From NCBI RefSeq assembly GCF_036321535.1, contig NC_087436.1, positions 98,892,001 through 98,956,000 of the forward strand: 64,000 nucleotides of DNA, in the 5' to 3' direction. The DNA comes from Camelus dromedarius. Its lineage: Eukaryota. This document shows positions 1 to 13,945 of this stretch, piece after piece; the stretch's first letter is position 1, and every line of letters begins with the position of its first letter. The notes under the pieces were generated by a model that was not told the DNA's origin, made no database searches, and saw only the letters and a program-made list of their open reading frames with translations. The position numbers were made by a program, and so were the translations under genes.

Positions 1-179
1 TCAATGTGAAATGTCAAATTTGGGGGTAATGTGTCCTGAAATCCATCACTGGCAAATTGCAGCACACTCATTTTGAGAATCATTTAGGGTTTATTTTCCC
101 TAAAGACATTAATTTTTCAGAAGTTTCTTTGGAAAGAAGTTCTTTGCATTTTTCCATTTTTGGTGTCTGGGATGAGCTC

Positions 180-518
180 TGTCTTAGTCAGTGTGGGCTG
201 CAACAACAAAATACCACAGATTTTAAAACAAAAATTTATTTTCTCCATGTTCTGGAGGCTGGAAGTCCAAGATCAGGATGCCAGCCTCCTGGTGAGAGCT
301 CTCTTTCTGGCTTCTTTGCCACCTTCTGCGTGAGTCCTCACATGACAGAGAGGGGGTTCTAGTGTCTCTTCCTCTCCTTGCAAAGTACTAATCCCATTTT
401 GAGGGTTCTACCCTCAAGACCTCATCAAAACCTAATTATCTTCCAAAGACTGCATCTCAAATACCATTATCCTGGGGGTTCGGGCTTCAACTTAGGGGAC
501 ACAATTCAACCCATAGCA
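180..518 (-). mobile_element. ERVL-MaLR solo LTR (MLT1A-like)
   Basis: Typical MLT1 motifs: tgtcttagtc..gggctgc..aacaaaataccacag, ttctggaggctggaagtccaagatca, gggacacaattcaacccatagca. Confidence 0.85.
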
Positions 519-1210
519 GCCCCTAAATGCGAGATTTTTGTATGGATCCACTTTGTACCCTGGCCAAAAAAAAGGGTTCTTATATAATTCTTACCCACAT
601 ATTTCTGCATCAAGAATACAGATATCAATAGAAAAAGTAAAAAATACAGCCTATAAGATTCATATCATTTAGCTTATTTTTTTTCAGCTGTACTCCTTTG
701 ACTTATACCAAGATTGTACCTTTCTTGGCAAGAATATTCCTGTCCACATTTGAACTTGATGTTCTAAAAAGTTAACTATTTCTTACAGAGCTGGCAGACA
801 AGGCCAAAGAAATTAGGTAAATGCAATGAAATGAGCAGTTCCGTCAAGATGGGGCCAACTCATCAGACCCAAGGTGGAGGCTATAGGCATCCTATCCTCT
901 GTTAAATTTCCTTCAGTTTTTTTTAAGTCTTAATCATTTATGACCCAAGGACACACTTTTTGCCACAAATATATTTAAAGAGGAAAAGCATAATTTTTGA
1001 CTTATATAACTTAACATTACAAATATATTATACTAATTACATTAATATAATATTAAATACATTAATGATAATACACAGATTTACTGAGCTCATGCTATGA
1101 ACACAGTCTATTCATTTAGACTCTTTACATAAATTATCTCACTGTACTTCCTAAAAGTTCTGCAAAGTAAATATGCACTGTAGTGCATATTTAATTTAAA
1201 AAAAAAAATC

Positions 1211-1539
<329 letters not shown>

Positions 1540-1890
1540 ATCTCAAATGTTTCTGACACTTAGAGAAATTTCCCCAACCACCAAAGTTAGTAAGTACTTC
1601 AGTAGTGATTGAACACAACTCTAATTTGCACCCATGTCATTATCACCAGTGCTGTCTCTCCCATAACTGAGGAATTCATATAATTCTATAGAGAAAAAAA
1701 TAGCACTGAAACTTAAGAGTTAAAGATTTGCTTTTCAGTGCTAACTCATGAACTTAACATTTTTTAACACATTTTGAAAACAAAAGATGTTTTGACATTA
1801 CTTTCAAAAGATGGTATTCAATAAGAATTAGCACAGACTAAGTAAAAATGAATCAAGAGAAGTTAAAAGTATTTTTATTTACCTAGGATT

Positions 1891-2460
1891 TGACCAAGAT
1901 GGCCTTAATGTTTCTCCCAATTTAACTAAACAGTCAGCAGGCTTCTTACTGACTCTAGGTCCTGGTCTCCCTTTACTTAGAGCATTTACTTTAGAGAGCA
2001 TATCATCATAAACTTTTTCTCTGACTCTTTGTGGTATATGTGAGTCTTTTAAAGAGTCTTGCCAGTTCTACAACCCAGGAATTTCTTTCTCAAGGACTTG
2101 AGAGCCATCCCTTTGAAATGTACTTATCCAGAAAGATAGGACCCCTATTTCCCAGTCTCAGTGGGAGGGTAGGAGCCTGACTTTGATGGGTGCCAATTAG
2201 CAAACACAGATGGTGTAATCATAGAGAAAAAACACTTGCAAACTCAGCAGTAACAATATGCTTCACACTTCCCACTGATAGACCTCCATTTTAATGTTCC
2301 AGTACTTTTCCTCTAGCAATGAAAAAAACAAAAACAAAAACCTCCCACTCTTTGTTTCCACAGAATTCAGTCTGAACTGAACTCTGTCCTTTCTCTCCTA
2401 TTGCAATAGCCTTGAATAAAGTCTTTCTTGCCTAACTTTGGTGCGATATTTGCTTTGGCA
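1891..2460 (+). mobile_element. ERV1-class solo LTR (MER34/MER39-like)
   Basis: TG...CA termini, 4-bp TSD GATT (1887-1890 / 2461-2464), AATAAA near the 3' end. Confidence 0.85.
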
Positions 2461-3699
2461 GATTATATATATGCAATGAAGGGACTGCACTTAATTTCAC
2501 TAAGATAAATCTTTTTGAATTTGGGGTTGATTGATAATGAATTAGGTAAAGTGTCTAAACTAACAAAATTGCTTGATTTTAGTAAAAAAAAAAAAAGTCT
2601 AAAATGTATATCCATTTCCCAACAATTGCATTTTTCTTATTTGTTTACTTCTTCCCTAAGAACTTCTCCTCACCTAGAAATAGAACCCCTCCAAACATGT
2701 TTGTTGATGACTTCACTGTATGAGAATCATAGTTGCTTGGACTTGAGAGCATTTAACCTGGGATAGACCAAATAGAGTCTCTCTTACAAAGAATTTAAAA
2801 AATATAGTAGAATATTAATTTCTCCTGGAACTAGAGTAGACTCCCTAACTTACAGAACAAATTTCTGTGAACTATCAGCTAAATACAGTACACTATGGAC
2901 CAAAGAGAAACAAATTGGAACACATGATAGGGAGTTGGCACAACCTTCCTTTTCTACAGAGAACTCTTCAGTGGTGGTTTATGTCTGAAGAATACATTTT
3001 TAAGGACTCCACTAAAATTCATCCACCTAGAGGCCAGAGTTCAGGCCAAAATAACTGACACATTTCAGAGAAAAATAAGTGCTGAGCAACCATGGACAAA
3101 AGTCCTCCAGTTGGAGAGCCTTATTGTAAACAGTTTTCTCCACGAATTAGATGGGAACACCCAAATCTGGAGTATGAACAGAAATCAAAGGCTAGGAAAA
3201 TCCTTTTGATATCGTTGGACTTTGGTAACATAGTTTCAACAAAATCAGGGAGACAATGTACTAAATCAAAGTTTCCCAGCTGTTGACCCTGGAAACAAGT
3301 CCCCATCTCCTTTCTTCACGTTCCTCAGAGAGAGAACTACTGACTCATAAAAATAAAGTATACCCAGTCCTCCCACTCAGGTGCCAAAGAGAAGATCAAG
3401 ATAGTATCTGGGTAAACCGAGAAGAGATGCTTTTTGAGGCGAGTGATAGCTCAGATGGAATTAATCTCATCCAAAGATAAAGTTAGAAACAAAACAAAAA
3501 AACAAAGCAAAGAAGAATGCAAACTTTAATGTATATATGTACATATATTACATATGTATACATACACAGACATCTATATTATATTATATATGGAGATATT
3601 AATATATAAATATGTAAAAGTATAAAAAATGCATGCCCAAAGTGTGAAAAAAATAGGTAAGAGAACATTTTGAAATTTAAAAAATATACCTCTTTTCAA

Positions 3700-4010
3700 T
3701 AGAATCATATTCTTCCATTTTATAGATTTTCCATGATTTACTCACTCATTCTCCTTTATATTATGCCACTTAGATATATTGGCTTTTGTTTCTTTGCTTG
3801 TTTATTCTATTGTAAACATTGCTATATTGAGTTTACTTATGTGTACATCTTTGCACTGTTCTGATTATTTCCTTTGGGCATGGTTCCAAAAGATAAATTG
3901 GTAAAAAAAAGATGTAAATATTTTGAATTACTGATACATTGGCCAAAGTGCCTGTCTACAACGAGTATAAAAAAGTAGCTTTTTTATTGAACTCCATCCA
4001 AAATTGAGCA
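3700..4010 (-). mobile_element. Old L1 (L1ME-like) 3' fragment
   Basis: Degenerate antisense L1 motifs (gctatattgag..gtacatctttgcac..gattattttcctttgg). Confidence 0.5.
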
Positions 4011-5059
4011 TTTAAAAAAATTATTTAATATTTATTATGTACCAAGTTGATTTCAGATACCATGCTAGGTTCCAGGTTTCGATACAAAGATGATCAAGAA
4101 CAAGATAGAATTAGTGTGTCCTAAAACAATAGGTCCAGGGACTGTATCCAGCCATGAATAAACATGAGATTTACAGCATTGAGGAAAATTATTAAAATAA
4201 AATGGATAACACTGTTTAGGAAAAAAGTGAAAGAAAATGTCTCTCTGTAAATGACTTTGCTAAGCAATTCAGAAGACAGTGCACACAGTCTTCTCTGTGT
4301 GGGGTAATGGCTAATGAACTCCTATTGCTGGTTCCCTTTAGGAGACAATGCTATTTTCAAGGGGAAATTGACCCAAAGCAATCAAATTCATGGTGAACGA
4401 AGAAGGAATTTCAATGGAAATGGCACTTTCCTTGCTCTCACAGAAGGAAAGGATTATCAATTATTTCAGTGGGCAGGAACTGTCCTTGAGGGGTTAGAAA
4501 GACCAAGGCTTCATCCAAGAGTGCTGCTTCTCCTGTCAAAAAGAGCCATTCTACATAAAAATCTGGAATTAATTCTTTCCAGCGAAATTTTTTCTAACTA
4601 TGATGAACTAACAATAATTTAGTAAAGTGATAAACTAATTTATAATAAGTAAAAATGAAAAATTATTTTTAAAATGATTACAGTGAATCTGATTGCCTGG
4701 GATGCTCATACCAGAATAGGTTCTTACATAATATCTGGTATAGATTCTCATTCCCTGCTATGCATTTACTAAATTTATCCATCTCAGCCATAAGGTCTGG
4801 GTACAAACAGATCTAAAATTAATAAGGAACATTGGAAAATCTCTTAAACTGAAGTGTTTTCATTGCTTCCCCTAGAAACCTAATAGAAATTAAAATTTAA
4901 AAAAAAAGAAAGATTGTTAGTGAATATGCTGAAAAACAGATAAGGATCCATTTGGAAGTTACTATTTGAGTATAATTCAAGGTGTGCATCAAAGTTTCTT
5001 ATTGTTTTGTTTTGTTTCAGTTTTGCATTTAGTTCTAATTTAGTTCTAGCACCACTCAT

Positions 5060-5320
5060 CTAATCTATCCATTCCTCACCAAACTGTCTTTACATCTTTT
5101 TTGAAAATCAGTGGTCTGTACATATGTGGACCTGTTTCTGTTCCATTGCTGTATTCGCTTATCTTTAAGCTAATGTCGTACTGATTATTCACTGAAGATT
5201 GACTAATTCTTGAAATGAGGCAGTGTTAAGAACTTCAAAGTTATCTTTAAAAGATGGCTATTTCAGGTTGTTTATCTAGTCATTTAAATTTTAGAATCAA
5301 TTTGCCAATTTCCACAATAT
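5060..5320 (-). mobile_element. Old L1 ORF2 fragment, antisense
   Basis: tttttgaaaatcagtgg..atatgtggacctgtttctg..aaattttagaatcaatttgccaatttccac. Confidence 0.65.
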
Positions 5321-5324
5321 TGTT

Positions 5325-5752
5325 CAACATAAAAAAGAAATTAGCTTTCAAGTATAAAAAGTCAAGGAGGAAATTTGAATGCACTTTACCAAGTGAAAAG
5401 GGCCAATCTGAGAAGGCTACATATTGTATGATTCCAACTATATGACATTCTGGAAAAGGTAAACTGTAGAGAAAATAATACAATTAGTGGTAGCTGGGGC
5501 TTAAGTGGTAGGGAGGGATGAAAAGAAGCCCAGAAAATACTTAGGGCAGTGAAACTATTGTATATGATGTTATAACAGTGGATACATGTAGTTATAAATT
5601 CGTTCAGTCTCAAAGAGTCTACAACACCAAGAATGAACCTTCACATACTTATGGATTGGGGTAATAATGTTATGTCAACAAAGGACCATCAAATATAATA
5701 AACGTACCACTTTGTGGCAGAGGATGTTGATGAGAGAGGCTGTGCATGTGTG
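5325..5752 (+). mobile_element. L1MC-like 3' end
   Basis: aagtgaaaagggccaatctgagaaggctacatattgtatgattccaactatatgacattctggaaaagg, plus tacaacaccaagaatgaacc. Confidence 0.85.
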
Positions 5753-6193
5753 TTCATCACACCCAATTCCTCATCTAATTTTCATAGACATTTCATGAAG
5801 TAGGTGCTATTTCTGCCAACATACTTTTAAACAGGTATCAAAGATTATATTTAACTCATTAATTAAGAGGGAATCAGAAAATATTACAGTAGATTCATAA
5901 GTGAATACAAAGAACACACACACAATCAGGGACGTTGAAATAAAGGTGTTAACATATATATAAAGCTGTTTTTTGGGGAACAATCAATAGTACCCGCAAT
6001 GGAAAAAATTAATTTGCATTTGTATGAAAAAAATCATTTCCACTACTATCATTTTTCTATATCTTGACAACATGTAAAAAAGTTCAAAGAAAATGAAAGG
6101 CACAGATAACCCAGAAGGGTGCACTAGATACTAAATAATATTTTTTGCCTATTTCAGAGTCACAGTTTTTCTTAACAATTCTTTAAGGTTTCT

Positions 6194-6745
6194 TGTATTA
6201 GTTACTCAAATCAGGAGATGGAAATCACACTGTAATTTGAACAATAAAAGATTAATATGAACAATATTTAAGTACAACCAGGATTGGGGTAATAAGAGAT
6301 TGATTACTAAGAGGTAATTCAAGGCACTTTAAAGCATGTACGAAGACTGGCTGTAAGGAACAGCCATGACCCCCGGGACTGGAATAGAAAACCCAAGGAA
6401 AGGCACTCACTTGGGGCAAAGATCCCTGGTGGTGTTGGAGAGGGCACAGCTTTGACTCACCAAATGGCACAGAAGCCACTGTGGTACTGGTTGGCCACAT
6501 TTGCTGGAAATGCATCCTCTATGGATGAGCCAGGGAAACCTATTCGTGGGAGGTATCTCGCTGGAGGCAACCAGCCACAGAATCACCCAAGAGGGCGCCA
6601 GGGAAGCTGCTGGCTACTGTGTGCTCTTGAATGCCACACGCCACCAGAGCAGGACACACGAGAAGGAACACACTCTGGAAAAGCCATGGCCTAATGGATC
6701 CTCCTCTCATGTCCGCTTCAGAACAGTTATCACAGCCCAGTCCCA
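6194..6745. mobile_element. Probable ancient LTR fragment (family unresolved)
   Basis: Starts tgtattagt, locally GC-richer, LTR-like composition. Confidence 0.4.
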
Positions 6746-9411
6746 TTCAGTCAACTGATAAAAGGACAGTCATTCCCCTGATACAGACCAAGGAAGGCTT
6801 GTTGGAACCCAAGGTTAAATGAGCTGTACTTCACAAGGGCCTAAATTTCTCTAAAGAGCTGTAAACTCACTGACCATCCTCAAATACAAGAAACTCTCTG
6901 CCTCAAGATTTCTCACCTCTTTTGCTACCAACATATGTTTGGGGCACATAATATCTACTCAATAATTATACATTAAATTGGATCAGAAAAATAACTATGT
7001 GTGTGTTTGGTTATTTGTTTATCTCTGATTTCTGTGTTTTGTTTAGGAAATGGGTGGGTAATTGAAATTTTCATGCAGGCCCACATAGCTTGTATTCAAT
7101 ATGTAATTGTTGTAAAAGTGAGTTCTTATATACAAAGATGAAGGTTTCTTAATCAAGAGCTCTGGGGTTAGTAAAAACAGAGGAACAAAAACAGAAGAGC
7201 AAGCTAAATTGAGACTAATTCAGGAAACCAGATTCAAAGCAGTGACAACGTATATGTATATTAAAGCATCACGTTGTACACTTTAATAGATACAATTATA
7301 TTTGCCTATTATTTCTAAGTCTTGAAAAATAATTTTTGGTTTTAGAAAATAAAATTACTTTTCCAAAAAATAATGTGACTTATGTTAAGATATAATCAGT
7401 TTATGACTGCGTTTTTCAGAGAATCAATAATGATTTTAATCTGTAAAATAAACATAAGAAAACCACAGAGCTCAGAGTATTACAGCATGGAATCAAGGTT
7501 CACTGAAATGAGGAAAGAATTGCAAAATTATATGATAAAAAGTGAGTAGGAAGATAATCAAAGGTATTTGCTTCATGGCTTGAATGGTAGTAGTAAGAGT
7601 ATCAGCTAACCCTGATGCAGCATTTATGTTCCAGACATTTTTTTTTTAAAGCTCATTTAATTTTCTCAACTGTTTTCTGTAAGAAGTACTATGAGTATCT
7701 CTGTGGAAAAGAAAAGAACAATAAACACAGAGGAAGCATGTATGACTGATGAGTAATTATTATATTAAAATCTCCCACAGAGTGAGATATTATCTATAAA
7801 CCAATAAAGGTCTTTGAGTTACTGATATAATTCAATAACTTCAGTGCTATCTGGTGCCTTTATGAAGGAAAACAGATAATTCTATAATTAAATAAAATCA
7901 ACTCTATTGCTTTATAACAAGAAATTTTACTCAAAAAATTAATACAACATTATAATGGCCAAATAACAACTCCCATTGCAAAAATTACACACTTATCCAT
8001 ACACACTGGTTCATGTCTTTCCAGAAAGTTTAACTTTTTATACACATTTTACCACTTTATGAATATGAATTTTCAATCAAACATATGGGAGCAATACTAG
8101 ATTTTTTTATTTTCTGCTTTATAGGAAATGAGTCACTGACTTGCATAGAAAAAAAAAACACAAAAACTATTATAAAACTAACTGGTATGCCTGTCTCTTC
8201 AGAAAACTATTACCACTATACCGAGTCACAGTTTAATTTCTTTGGTAGAAGAGAAGAGTTGGGGGAATAATAACAAAGGTTTTCCATAGCAAATTATTAT
8301 ATATTGATTTCCGGATTCACATAGAATCTATTAGCAAAGCAAGGCTCAAGAAAGTTTTTGGAGATTTAAGTTTTCCATGATAGTTTGGAAGTTTCCAAAT
8401 AGCTCTAATAACATATCCCCTTAAGTTTGATGGATCTATACTATACACAGAAACAGTGCAGTATATTTCACACCCTTCTATGCTAAGAGTTTAGGGCACA
8501 GGGACCATTTAAAAGCTAAATCCTTACATAAAGTTACTTATTCTAAATACTTATTAGACTTCATTTCATATTGATCACTTAATAAAACCAGTTGGGGATA
8601 TAATAAGTATCTATCTCTCCTAGTTTTCTATGTCATTTCAGTCTACATGCAATAGAAAGAAAAAATATACAACTAACATTTATCACAATACTTCATTAAG
8701 TATAGCATGTACTAGCAGAACACACTGCAACTTGTGTGTAAGTGTAAAATTGATGCTGCCCCCTTTGCTGAAGCATATCTAGCAATTGAATTATAGCCTG
8801 AGAAATGAACTTGTTGTAGCTTTACATTGGAGGGAAACAAGCCTGCAGATTCACAATTCACAACTCTCTGGCTAAAAAGCCCAGAATTCACAATCAATAC
8901 ATTATTTTGGTTTATGCTGCTCTTTTTTCAGTTATTGAAGGTCTGATCATCACAGCACATAAAGAAGATATTATGTTAATTTAAGGCGAAGCAAATGATG
9001 TACTAACCTAGCATTTTATAAGGGAAAAAAACATTGTGTATCAGGCTTTGGAAAGTTGTCACCATCTGGAGTATCAGCATGAAATTTGGTCTCCACATTT
9101 GCATCAATGCAAAGGTTAGCCATATTTTCTGTTTCTAAACTTCCCCTCACAGAGAATTAGACATACACATTTTCTGTAATCTTTTCACCTCTCATGGTAT
9201 GCATACATTGTAATAACATATGGGGGAAAACATGATAGTCAAAGCAATTATTTGTGGTTTCTGTCTTCATGGGTAATCCAAAGAGGAGCGAGATTCATCT
9301 AAAGATGAATCTATACCCACAGCATATATTTCTTTAGCTTCCTTATTATTTCCATGTGGTCATCTTGCTGGTATACTCTATGGGCCAAATACTTTGAGTG
9401 TCAATCGCTTA

Positions 9412-11620
9412 CAGCAATGCTTCTCAAGATGTCTTTGGTTAAAGAACCATTAAAAAAATTCCAATCCCTCAAAACTGATACATTATGAATTACAATAAAA
9501 ATAAATTACTATTTAAGTGAGATTGATTCTTTACTTTTATTTTCTGATATTTCACTGTTACTGTAAAGAAATGTAACGAGTTCAATCCCTTTTAAAATTG
9601 CATCCCCCAAAATAAAATACTTAGGAATAAATCTTACCAAGGAGTTGAAAAAATTATACACAGAGAACTATAAAACATTCGTTAAGGAAATTAAAGATGA
9701 CTTAAAGAAATGGAAAGATATCCCAGGATCTTAGATTAATCCTGTTAAAATGGCCATACCACCCAAAGCAATCTACAGATTTAATGCATCCCTATCAAAT
9801 TACCCAGGACGTTTTTTACAGGACTAGAACAAATAATCCTAAAATTTATATGGAATCACAAAAGGCACAGAATTGCCAAAGCAATACTGAAGAAAAAAAA
9901 AATGAAGTTGGAGGAATAACCCTTCCAGACTTCAGACAGAGCTACAGTAATCAAAACAGCATGGTACTGGCACAAAACAGACATATGGATCAATGAAACA
10001 GAATAGAGAGCCCAGAAATAAACCACAGACTTAAGGTCAATTAGTCTTCTACAAAGGAAGCAATAATATACAATGGAGAAAAGATAGACTCTTCAGTAAA
10101 TGGTGTTGGGAAAACAGGACGGCTGCATGTAAATCAATGAAGTTAGAAAACTCCCTCACACCACACACAAAAAGAAACTCAAAGTGGCTTAAAGACTTAA
10201 ACATAAGACAAGACATTATAAATCTCCTAGACGAAAACATATGCAAAACATTTTCTGACATAAATCTTAGCAATGTTCTCCTGGGGCAATGAACCCAGGC
10301 AATAACTTAAGAGCAAAAATAAGCAAATAGGACCTAATTAAACTTATAAGCTCTTGCACAGCAAAGGAAACCATACGCAAAACGAAACGACAACCTACAG
10401 AATGGGAGAAAATATTTGCAAATGATGTGACTGATAAGGGTGTAATTTCCAGGATATATAAACAGTTCATACAAATTAGTAACAAAAAACCCCCAAAAAA
10501 CCCAATCCAACAATGGGCATAAGACCTAAACAAGCAGTTCTCCAATGAAGACATTCAGATGGCCAATAGACACGTGAAAAAATGCTCAGTATCACTAATT
10601 ATCAGACAAATGCAAATCAAAACTACAATGAAGTATCACCTCACACCAGTCAGAATGGCTGTCATTCAAAAGTCCACAAACAATAAATGCTGAAGAGGGT
10701 GTGGAGAAAAAGGAACCCTCCTACACTGTTGGTGGGAATACAGTTTGGTGCAGCCATTATGGAAAATAGCATGGAGATTCCTCAAAAGACTAAAAGTAGA
10801 CTTACCATATGATCCAGCAATCCTACTCCTGGGCACATATCCGGAGGAAACTCTAATTCAAAAAGATTCATTTACCCCAGTGTTCACAGCAGCACTATTT
10901 ACAATAGCCAAGACATGGAAACAACCTAAATGTCCATCTATAGATGAATGGGTAAAGAAGTTGTGATATGTTTATACAATAGACTACTACTCAGCCATAA
11001 AAAAGAATAAAATAATACTATTTGCAGCAACATGGATGGACCTGGAGAACATCATTCTAAGCGAAGAAAGCCAGAAAGAGAAAGAAAAATACCATATGAT
11101 ATCACTCATATGTGGAACCTTTAAAAAAAAAGATACAAATGAACTCATTTACAAAACAGAAAGAGACTCACAGATATGGGAAACAAACTTATGGTTAGCA
11201 GAGGGGAAACGGGGTAGGAAGGGATAAATTAGGAGTTCGAGATTTGCAGATACTAACTACTGTATATAAAGTAGATAAATAAGTTTCTACTGTATAGCAG
11301 AATGACCTATATTCAATATCTTGTAGTAACCTATAATGAACAGGAATATGAAAAGGAATATATGTATATGTATGTATGACTGAAACATTATGCTGCACAT
11401 CAGAAATTGGCACAACATTGTAAAGTGACCATACTTCAATAAAAAATAAATTAATTTTTAAAAAAGATAAATAAATAAATTACTATTTTAGTGGAAAATC
11501 TTTACAAAAACATACAAAATATAGGCTCTTTGTTAGCATTAAAATCCACAGGCATGAAATTACTTTGTCACAGTGCTCTAGAGTGCTCTAAATATTTCTA
11601 AATGCTTATTCTCAATTTGG
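9412..11620. mobile_element. hAT-Charlie DNA transposon fragment split by the L1 insertion
   Basis: Begins cagcaatgcttctcaa. Resumes after the L1 with aaaacatacaaaata..aaattactttgtc..aatgcttattctcaattt. Confidence 0.55.
9520..11474 (+). mobile_element. 5'-truncated, 5'-inverted lineage L1 (ORF2 C-terminus, 3'UTR, polyA)
   Basis: ORF2 peptides in the track (10745..10966, 11036..11227). AATAAA at 11438. TSD ataaattactattt(a/t)agtg at 9501-9519 / 11475-11493. Inverted piece at 9520-9582. Confidence 0.95.
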
Positions 11621-12822
11621 GTGTTTACTTTAATTTTCTTGGTGTGTACTGGTATCTCTATGTGGTTTTAATTTGTATTTTACTGATAATTTCTATTGTT
11701 AAGCATCTTTTAACATGCTTGTTGGTCACTTGTAGATGTTTTGTTAACTATCCAAATTGATGGCCTATTTTTTAAAAATTGTGATTGTTTTATTATTGAA
11801 TTGTAAGCCTTCTTAATATATTCTGGATACAAGTACTCTGTCAGATACTTATGTTACGAATAATTTTTCCCTGTCTGTGCCTCGTCTTTTTACTTTCTTA
11901 ATAATGGTTTTCACAGAACAGAAATTTTCTAATTAGTTGAAGTCGACTTTATCAAGGTTTTATTTTTGGTTTTATTTTTTGTGTCCTAAGAAATGCTTGC
12001 CAAGTTCAAGGTCAAAAGGATTTTCTTTTTTGTTTTCATCTAGACATTTCAGTTTTAGGGCTTGTCTTTAGGATTAAAATTCATGTCAATTTAAATTTTA
12101 TGAGATAAGAGCTGTGATTTATTTTCTCCATATCTATATCTAATTGTTTCAGCACTTCTCACAGAAGCTACTATTACCTCCCCATTTTATTATGCTGGCA
12201 TTTTTGTCAAAACCATATATACAAGTCTGTCTATTTCAGTACATATATTCTATTCCACTTATCTATAAGTCTCTCTTATGCCAAGACTAGATTCTTTTGA
12301 TTACTGTATCTTTAAGCTAAGTCTTTAAATTGGGCAGTGAAATCTTCTAATTTTTTAAATAATTGTTTTGACTATTCTATAATGTTCCCATTGCTATATA
12401 GATTACACTTTCATTTGTCAAATTCTACAAAATAAAGTCTTCTGGGATTTGGGTTTGTCCTGTACTGAATTTACAGATTATCTGGGGAAAACTGACAACT
12501 TAATATTGAGTCTTCCAATCTATGCACATGATATATTTCTCTACTTAGTAGTGGTTCTTTAATTTTTCCCAACACAGATTATAGTTTCAATGTAGAGGTC
12601 TTACACACACTGTGCTAAATTAATACCTATTTCCTAATTTTGGATGATATTGTAAATTATATTGTTAATTTTAGTTTCTAATTATTTGTCATGTAAAGTA
12701 ACACATTTGATTATTGTATATAAATTGTGTATCCCCTGACCTAGCTAAATTCATGTTTCTTATTTCTATTAATTTTTAGTAGATTCTTCTGGGTGTTCTA
12801 TACTCTTAATTACCATGGATAC

Positions 12823-13205
12823 TGTGTACTGCTGCCATATTATGGTTCAGTGGAAGATTTCCCACCTAGGTGCTGGGAATGCTCTTGGTAGTCAGTGTGC
12901 AGCCATCAGCTTCTTCAGAGACTGCCTCAGTTGGAGGCAGCCAATTTGCCCAAAGATTACCCCTTCATGGAGCACTATAAAGTTTGACCGCCTTGTCCCA
13001 ACTCTAAAGTGGCATTGTAATTCCACAGCTCCCATGGGCTTACTTGAGGCTTTCTTGGTTTTGCATCTCAGCATGGCTTCTTCCTTTACCTGATATTGGC
13101 TCCTTATCCTCCTGACCACAGATACTAAATCCAGGGATGTTTCTAAATAAAATTCCTACTTGCTAACTTCCATATCAGAGTCTGCAGGCAATACAGCCTG
13201 CAACA
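12823..13205 (+). mobile_element. ERVL LTR (LTR16-like)
   Basis: cttcagagactgcctcagttgg, and 3' end aataaa..ctaacttccatatcagagtctgc..cctgcaaca. Confidence 0.75.
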
Positions 13206-13860
13206 CTGATCTTGCTTTCCATGCATTGAGGGTTTTCCCCTTCCTTTCTAAGCTCTGTGACTTGTACTTCTTTTTCTTGCTTTATTGCACATGCTAGGGC
13301 ATCTAATGCTGACTTGAAGTTTTGAGAGGAAATATGCTTGTCTTCTTTTGAGTCTTAGAAAGTGTTAAGTCATTCAATTATGTACGATATTAGCTGTAGG
13401 TTTTTAGGAGATTCTCTTTATCAAGTTAATCAAGTCCTTTTATATTGTTTATTTGCCAAGATATTTTATCATAAATAACTTATTCAAAATGTTGTTTAAT
13501 TTCTAAATATTTGGAATTTTCTAGGTATCTTTTTATAGTTTATTGAGTGCTAGACTTGGTGAATGTTAAGCTGCTGAATGTCCAGAATGTATTTTCTTCC
13601 TTTAAAATGTGTTGACTTTTGTTTTGACAGCCAGTTAAGTCACTTGTGGATTAGCTCCAGTGTTTCAAAGCCTTATTTTGGAGGTTTGTTTTAATGGAGT
13701 CATAACTTTTCTTATAAGCAAGTTTAACATTACTATGAGATTCTACTGAATTCTCTTGTTATTTAACAAGGTTTTCTCAATCTGCTTAGCTGGAACCCAA
13801 ATGCCTACCTTATCCTGTGTGAGCTTTGGGAATTGCTCAGCATATAATTTTTTTTTAGTT

Positions 13861-13945
13861 TTTCATTGACTGACTGGAGAGTCTCCCTCTCAATTTACAG
13901 TATCAATTTCATTGACTGACTGGAGAGTCTCCCTCTCAATTTACA
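13861..13945. repeat. Perfect 39-bp direct duplication with a 7-bp spacer
   Basis: tttcattgactgactggagagtctccctctcaatttaca at 13861-13899 and 13907-13945. Confidence 0.95.

Noticed and set aside
9784..11227. Several L1 ORF2 ORFs as an active element
   Set aside because: 5'-truncated, with stops and frameshifts.
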